Assembly: GCA_044376115.1 (NCBI GenBank)
Contig: JBILLK010000030.1
Location: 64,001-128,000, forward strand
Origin: Polyangiaceae bacterium
Lineage (GTDB): Bacteria; Myxococcota_A; Polyangia; Polyangiales; Polyangiaceae
Direction: 5' to 3'
DNA: 64,000 nucleotides
Part shown: positions 58,270 to 64,000 of the stretch, in pieces
How the letters are laid out: the number at the start of each line of letters is the position of its first letter
Position numbering within the stretch: position 1 is the stretch's first letter
Position numbers and translations under genes: made by a program
The notes under the pieces: generated by a model
The model's database searches: none
What the model saw: the letters and a program-made list of their open reading frames with translations, nothing else
What the model was told of the DNA's origin: nothing

Positions 58270-58492
58270 GCCAATTCTCCATTGTCTACCGACTAGTGTG
58301 AGCGACTAGTCATCGCACAGGGCCGATGGCCCCCCCCCGCAGAAGATCAATGCGACCTGCGACTCGGCAGCGTCTTTGCGGGTTGAGTCACCATTGCAAG
58401 GAATCATGGTTAGAGAATTGCGTCTGTAGTCAATTGTTAAGTGTCAATGTCTCTAGGTTTTATTGTTGATGTGTGGAGGTGGTCAATCAAAT

Positions 58493-58660
58493 GCAAGCGC
58501 TAGGCTTGGGCTATGAGCCATTTAGGGCTTTTTTAAAATAAATGACTATGCGCGAGGCTTAGTTAGCGGTTGATCCGTCGCCGTGGTCTTGAAACAATGA
58601 CTATAGTTTCCGCCTGTGGGCGCGATAACGTTCTGTCTTGCTTCAGTTTGGGAGGTGAGC
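58493..58660 (+). promoter_or_regulatory. leader of LuxR paralog C with ATGACTA boxes at 58543 and 58598
   Basis: homologous to 54665..54823; TGACTATAGTTT matches the 61731 palindrome at 10/12. Confidence 0.65.
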
Positions 58661-59626
58661 TTGAAGATTGGGCGGACCACATTGGAGGCATGCCACGCGG
58701 GGCCAGCGCGCATGAACGGGTGGCTGGAAACCCTTGCGCCGCTGTTGAGCAGAGACCTCGGCCATCAGGTGGTGGCCTGCGTGGTGAACGTCAACGCCTT
58801 CGAGTTGCACGCTGTAAGCGATCCCGAGCGGTTGGTGGATTGGGCGAGCTTTGCAGTTCGGACGAAAGCGCGCAGTAGGCACCTGTCGATGCGTCAGGAC
58901 TTTCTCGAAGAGGTCGGTCGCCCTTCGCTAATCACCGGGGCATCAGTATTTAAGCTACTGTTCCAGCCGCGCCGACCGAGCACGCTCGTTTCACAGTGTG
59001 GGCGTGCCTTTGACGCGTCGGCGATGATTTCAAAGATTGCACCGGGATGGGCAGACTTCGGGTGTATTCGGGCTGACGCTGGCGGTTTGGCTCTAACCAG
59101 TTATCTGGCACTGCGGCCTGGCCAGTCGCTACCAACCAAAGACCGAGGGCTTCTCCGGCTGCAGCGGCATCTTGCCGGGGCGTTTGCAAAGCGGGTTCGG
59201 CCGGCCTGGAAGCGCTCCGCGGTGGTGTTCGATGCGTCGGGCAGAGTCGTGCATAGCGATGTAAAACGTGCGCCACCCCATTTGCGTGAGTTGCGTTCGT
59301 TGGTCGCGCGGGAACTGGATCAGCGGTCGGAGCCAGACGAGCAGGCCGAGCTCGTGTGGGATGAACTGTGGGAGAGCGGTTGGACGGTGGCGCGCGTGGA
59401 CGACGCGGACGGCCGCCGCTACCTGACGCTGCGCCGGGCGCCAGCGGACCAGCCAACGCTAACAACCTCTGAGCGTGCTGTATTGGCGTTGGCGCGGGAA
59501 GGGCGCTCGATCAAGTGGATAGCTGCGGAACTCGGTATCTCCAGCGCAGGCGCGAGCACGCAATTGCAGTCTGGGCTGCGCAAGCTCGGCCTCGAGCACC
59601 GGCTCGAGCTTTCGCGGTTGCGCTAG
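58661..59626 (+). CDS. LuxR-HTH regulator, long type (paralog C)
   Basis: TTG start after GGAGG; KIGRTTLEACHAGP; C-terminal HTH. Confidence 0.88.
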   Translation: MKIGRTTLEACHAGPARMNGWLETLAPLLSRDLGHQVVACVVNVNAFELHAVSDPERLVDWASFAVRTKARSRHLSMRQDFLEEVGRPSLITGASVFKLLFQPRRPSTLVSQCGRAFDASAMISKIAPGWADFGCIRADAGGLALTSYLALRPGQSLPTKDRGLLRLQRHLAGAFAKRVRPAWKRSAVVFDASGRVVHSDVKRAPPHLRELRSLVARELDQRSEPDEQAELVWDELWESGWTVARVDDADGRRYLTLRRAPADQPTLTTSERAVLALAREGRSIKWIAAELGISSAGASTQLQSGLRKLGLEHRLELSRLR

Positions 59627-59692
59627 CGAGGATGAGGCATTCGACATTCGGCCGCCTCATCCTTCGCGTAGCCGCAGCAACCGCTGAAACGC

Positions 59693-61701
59693 TCAGTCGT
59701 CGTCCCCGTTGCAGCGATGCTTCTTCTTCTTCTTTCCGCACGACGAGGCAGCGGCGCTCGTCTCGATAGCGCGTGCCTCCGTGGCGGTGATGAGATGCGC
59801 TTGTTTGAGCTGCTTGCTTACCTTCGCTACGCACTTAACGTAGGCCCCGTGATTCTTCCAAGCGTTGTCGCAAGGACACTGTTGCATAACTGAGCAACCA
59901 TTCGAGAGAACGGTCTCTCCAGTGGGCGTGCCAAGGCAGACATCTTGAGCGTCGACGATGCCATCATTGTCGTCGTCGGAGTCGCACGCATTCCCATGGC
60001 CATTGGCATCGGTATCGGACTGGTCTGCGTTGGCGTCGAGTGGACAGTTGTCCTGGGCATCGGGGACGCCGTCATCGTCGTTGTCCACTTCGCAGCCATC
60101 CCCAACTCCATCTCCGTCGGCATCGGATTGATTCTCGTTCGACAGGCCGGGGCAGTTATCTAGAGTTTCACACACGCCATCACCATCAGCGTCATTGGCA
60201 ACGTCGATAGGGCACGGATCGACGTTGCCACAGACGCCGTCGCCGTCGATGTCGTCGAGCGGGTCGAGCGGACAGAGATCGACATCAGCGCATGCCCCGT
60301 CCCCGTCGGCGTCGTTGTCAATGTCGACTGGGCACGGGTCTTCGTCGGAGCAGAGGGAATCACCATCTGCATCATTGGCGGCATCGTTCGGGCAAACATC
60401 GCATGCGTCCGCAACACCATCGCCGTCGTCATCGAGCGCGTCGTTTCCCCCGAGGCATGCATCAAGATTGCCGCAGATTCCATCACCGTCGGCGTCGTTT
60501 GCAGGGTCGTTGGGACAGGTATCCAGGTCAGCGCATACGCCGTCCGCGTCCATGTCGTTGAGGGGATCGAGTGGGCAGAAATCCGCTTCAGCACAGATGC
60601 CGTCGGCGTCCGCGTCGTCCACGAAGTCGAGCGGGCAAACGTCAATAGAGTCACATAAGCCGTCGCCGTCCGAGTCATTGTAGAAGTCGAGCGGGCAGGC
60701 GTCGCAGCCATCAGCGGAGCCATCGCTATCGGTGTCCAGTGCGTCGTTGGCGCCGGGACACGCATCGATAGCGTCCGGAACCCCGTCACCATCAGCATCA
60801 GCTTGTGGCGGCGCTGAACACTCATCGTTCACATCCAAGGGACATGGATCGCAGCCATCGGGTACACCGTCGTCGTCTGCGTCGAGCCCGTCAGCCGTAG
60901 GGGAGGGCAAGAAAATGAGATTGTAGGGATCGGCGAACGGCGGAGGGGGGCCTGGGCAAATATCGAGTCTATCAATCACACCATCCCGGTCGGTGTCGGG
61001 GGCAATCCGAACCCCCATCGCTGGGTATGGGTAGCAGCCAGCTACAGGGTTATCGTTGCCCTCAACGCCAAAGACGCGCACTGCATCGGTAGCTCACTGA
61101 ACCGCATTGTGAGCTGCGTGCATTCCTCGTGATAAACAGGCCCACAGATCGCCGTCGAGAGGTTACAGGTTAACCCCGTGTAGAACGGCGGTTGCGGCTC
61201 TGGCGCAGCATAGTAGAGTACAGCGGTCGCTGCGAGTTGGCAGCCATCGTATGCTTCTGGAGCGCCCTGTTCAGTTATACATCCGCTTATCTCCACCCGA
61301 TCGAAGGGGGCCTCGAGACCGCTTAGCGCGTAGCCCGGCGCAACTACCTGCGTGTACTGACCTATGAGCGAGGCGGGACTAAAGCTCTCGATGAGGTTCG
61401 TCGAGCTTGGTCCAGCAACAGCAATCATCACACTCCGGGTTGGCTCGGCTGGCGCCCCCCCAGCGATACAGAGGTCAAGCGTAACGTCCCACCCTCCGTT
61501 CGCAAATGTCGTATCCACGAGTGAGACATGCGAGTAGCCCAGGTTGGGGTTGGATTGCTCATAACAGACTGCATGCGCCGCCTGAGGTGAACTCAAGGCT
61601 ATGAACAACAGCAACCCGCTCAATAATCGAACGGCTCCTGCCTGCGATAGAGGAGCCTTTGGGGTTTCAACGATATCTGTGCCGGCATTAGCAACTGTCA
61701 T
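59693..61701 (-). CDS. secreted thrombospondin type-3 repeat (Ca-binding) protein, 1-bp deletion at ~61087-61089
   Basis: signal (AHA), many D.D.DG..D..D.CP repeats; one added base gives SELPDAVRVFG and joins ORFs 61042..62061 and 59693..61081. Confidence 0.82.
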
Positions 61702-61730
61702 GGTACCCCGATATGGGGGCCGGCGATGGC

Positions 61731-61742
61731 TGACTATAGTCA
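61731..61742. promoter_or_regulatory. perfect palindrome TGACTATAGTCA, putative LuxR-family operator
   Basis: centred in the 70-bp gap between divergent TSP3 and short LuxR genes. Confidence 0.65.
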
Positions 61743-61771
61743 CTTCTTCAAGGCAGCAGTGCCCAGGAACG

Positions 61772-62206
61772 ATGGCCGTGGACGTAGTGCAACTAAGGCG
61801 CAACAATACGCTCGTGGGGCAAAAGGCAAGCAGTCGACAAAATAAGCTAGAGCTGCCGCGAGTGGCTCCTCCGAGCGGGCTTCGCGGGGCGCGCTTCGAG
61901 ATAGACGGGGAGGAATATGCAGTATTGGCGTTTCCTACTGAGCTTGCGCAGCCACCTGCGCTCACGTTGGCCGAACAAGCCGTGGCCCAGCTTGCGCTGA
62001 ACGGATTTGCTAACGAGGAGATCGCCGCGATGAGAGGCGCCAGCACACGTACGGTGGCCAACCAACTACAGTCTATCTATCGCAAGCTCGGCGTGGGCTC
62101 GCGCGTCGAGTTGGCCCGCGCCTTGGCAAATGTGGACCTTGGCCTCAGCGCTACGGGGAGGGAATCGGCGAAGTCGTCGCCATCCCGTACGCGCCGAGCT
62201 CGCTGA
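61772..62206 (+). CDS. LuxR-HTH regulator, short type
   Basis: AGGA before ATG 61772; LTLAEQAV...GFANEEIAAMRGASTRTVANQLQSIYRKLGVGSRVEL; no sensor domain. Confidence 0.88.
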   Translation: MAVDVVQLRRNNTLVGQKASSRQNKLELPRVAPPSGLRGARFEIDGEEYAVLAFPTELAQPPALTLAEQAVAQLALNGFANEEIAAMRGASTRTVANQLQSIYRKLGVGSRVELARALANVDLGLSATGRESAKSSPSRTRRAR

Positions 62207-62231
62207 TGCTGCCTCGCGCCGCGCGGTCCGC

Positions 62232-62606
62232 TCAGCGAGCTCTGCTCCCCGCATACGTCGTTGCATAGGCCAATAGCGCGGGGACGGCCTGGACAAACAC
62301 GATTGAGAGCTTGGCGGTGGCGCCTCCGAAGCACCCCGCGACAACGACGCAGCCAAGGAAGAAGCGAGCTGTTGAGCGTGCTCGCTCGGTGTCCTTCAGG
62401 GTGAGCGCCCAACCGAGGCCTGCGGCCAAGAAGCCGTTGTAGAGCCCTTGGTTCATCGCCAACGTGGCCGATTGGGCAGCGAACTCTGGCGTGGTTCCGA
62501 AGCGCGCCATCACCGCTGGGGTCTGCCACAAGAACATCTCCAGCACGAGGAAGAGCACGTGCTGAACCGCAACGAAGGCAACGAGGAGCTTGCTGAGCTT
62601 GGTCAC
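62232..62606 (-). CDS. DUF1304 family membrane protein
   Basis: H..FLVLEMFLW...LAMNQGLYNGFLAAGL...FVQAVPA. Confidence 0.88.
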   Translation of the reverse strand: MTKLSKLLVAFVAVQHVLFLVLEMFLWQTPAVMARFGTTPEFAAQSATLAMNQGLYNGFLAAGLGWALTLKDTERARSTARFFLGCVVVAGCFGGATAKLSIVFVQAVPALLAYATTYAGSRAR

Positions 62607-62904
62607 CGCGGCGTTCTACGTCGGCCGCAGGCTGCGTCCAAGCCTCCTGCCCGACCTCGACCCACGTTTACAGTCCATGCAGTGCGTCTTGCTGTCGCGT
62701 GAATGACCCGGTGGGTGACTCACTTCGCGTCCGGTATGCCCCAGCTTTGGCTAGCGCTTTGTGTCATCGAGGACTCATCGCGCGCACGGCTCGGCCTCAA
62801 ACCTCGGCAAAAGCCGCAGGTTCCAGGGGAAGGGAGAAGTGGCCTACGGTTTGCGTAAGGCGGCGCGCGGCGGATGCCGCTCAAGCAGGCCCACGGGCCG
62901 AGGG

Positions 62905-64000
62905 ATGACCAAGTCGATGAGCAATCAACAGAAGCTTCAACAGGCAGCAGCGGCGGGCGACCAAGCGGAGGTGGAGCGTTTGCTCGGCTTGTTCTCGGAA
63001 CCGCCAGCGGAGACGAACCGTTGGGCGAGCGCGCTGTTTGCAGCCTGCGAGGCCGGGCATATCGAACTGGTGCGCTTGCTGCTTGGGCGCACTCAACCGA
63101 GCGCGGAGCTGCTTGCCTCGTTGGCTGCCCAACTGCTGATCAAGGGCGAAGAGACGCTGGCTCTCGAGCTTGTCGACGGCGGGGCAAGCCCTGATGCCGC
63201 TGTGCGTGAAGCGGCCGAACTCGGCCTTGGCGCGACGGTGAAGCGCTTGCTCGCAAGCGGGCGGGTCACCGAAGAGGCGTTGCTCCAGGCTTGGTTTGTC
63301 GCTGCACGGAGGGGCACGCTGGAGGCGCTCAGCGCCCTGCTCGAAGGCCCGAGTGCAACCGCGTTGCTCGCCGCGCACGATCACGCTGGTTCTGGCGCCT
63401 GGGCGCTGGCCGCAGCGAATGGTCACAGCGAGGCCGCTACGCTGCTCGCGGCGCGTGGCGCGACGGCGCGCGGCCTCTTGTGGGCGGCTGCGGAGCGCGG
63501 GGATGCGGCCTTGCTCGAGCAGGCGCTCAACCTTGGAGAAGACCCGAAGCGCGTCAACGCGGAGGGTTTCGGCGCGCTGCACCACGCGGCTAACGGCGGC
63601 CACACTGCGCTCGTCGCGCGGCTCTTGGAACTCGGCTGCGATCTCGAAGGCGAGACGCAACACGGTCGTACGCCCGCGTCGATCGCTGCACATGCAGGCC
63701 ACCTCGAGCTGGTGCTCGAGCTCGAGCGGCGTGGCGCATCGCTGGGCCGCGCGTTGGTCGAGGCGGCCGATGGCGGTCAGCTGGCCGTAGTCGAGCATTG
63801 CTTGGCGCAGGGCGCTTCGGTGGAGAGCGTCGACGAGTACTCCGAGACCGCGCTGCACAAGGCCGCCGAGCACGGCGACGTCGCGATCCTGCGCGCCTTG
63901 CTCGCGAAGCAGCCCAAGCTCGATCGCGTCAACATCAACGGCTGGACAGCGCTCATGCGCGCGGCCGGCCACGGCAGCGTGGAGGCGGTACAGCTGCTGA
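62905..64000 (+). CDS. ankyrin-repeat protein, runs off the window end (not in the ORF track)
   Basis: open frame from ATG 62905/62917: ALFAACEAGHIELVRLLL, ALHHAANGGHTALV, TALHKAAEHGDV, GWTALMRAAGHG. Confidence 0.9.
   Translation, partial: MTKSMSNQQKLQQAAAAGDQAEVERLLGLFSEPPAETNRWASALFAACEAGHIELVRLLLGRTQPSAELLASLAAQLLIKGEETLALELVDGGASPDAAVREAAELGLGATVKRLLASGRVTEEALLQAWFVAARRGTLEALSALLEGPSATALLAAHDHAGSGAWALAAANGHSEAATLLAARGATARGLLWAAAERGDAALLEQALNLGEDPKRVNAEGFGALHHAANGGHTALVARLLELGCDLEGETQHGRTPASIAAHAGHLELVLELERRGASLGRALVEAADGGQLAVVEHCLAQGASVESVDEYSETALHKAAEHGDVAILRALLAKQPKLDRVNINGWTALMRAAGHGSVEAVQLL

Noticed and set aside
54824..59626. AHL quorum-sensing LuxR solos
   Set aside because: I cannot find the autoinducer-binding W-Y-DP-W-G residue pattern, the proteins are longer than LuxR, and there is no luxI.
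59950..61000. Repetitive DNA as a CRISPR-like array
   Set aside because: The repeats are degenerate and codon-phased, encoding thrombospondin type-3 motifs.
21205..61089. Genome decay or programmed frameshifting as the common cause of five split genes
   Set aside because: All are single 1-2 bp indels in homopolymer or dinucleotide runs with intact flanking frames, so sequencing error is simpler until reads are checked.

Overview
GC-rich window whose gene content (three Hanks-type Ser/Thr kinases, TPR/PEGA-like proteins, a DUF1592/DUF1552 pair, many Gly/Ser-linker and Cys-rich lipoproteins) points to a myxobacterium, probably Polyangiaceae-like; this is an inference. Bases 1-48.4 kb hold mixed housekeeping and accessory genes: radC, a PP2C-cNMP phosphatase, RluA and DsbA family genes, a penicillin acylase, TetR and LysR units, an expansin, an M61 peptidase, an SMI1/KNR4 protein and a PAS histidine kinase. 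The notable region is ~48.3-62.2 kb, a mosaic locus that begins at a diverged duplicate of the 3' end of the flanking gene. It repeats a unit of secreted cargo transcribed leftward, TGACTA-type boxes, and a LuxR-HTH regulator transcribed rightward. It encodes four long LuxR paralogs with divergent sensor halves, three of which share closely similar ~504-bp 3' halves, plus one short LuxR. It also encodes three signal-peptide, tail-fibre-like proteins (plus a remnant) with an invariant AGETLTAAKLN motif and dissimilar heads. Each fibre cluster is preceded by a small Gly-rich lipoprotein gene, or its relic, ending in CVL-x5-DNC-x-L. Five genes are split by 1-2 bp indels in simple repeats, probably long-read errors. 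I saw no rRNA, tRNA, CRISPR array, integrase or transposase. All domain calls are motif recognition by eye; no searches were run.
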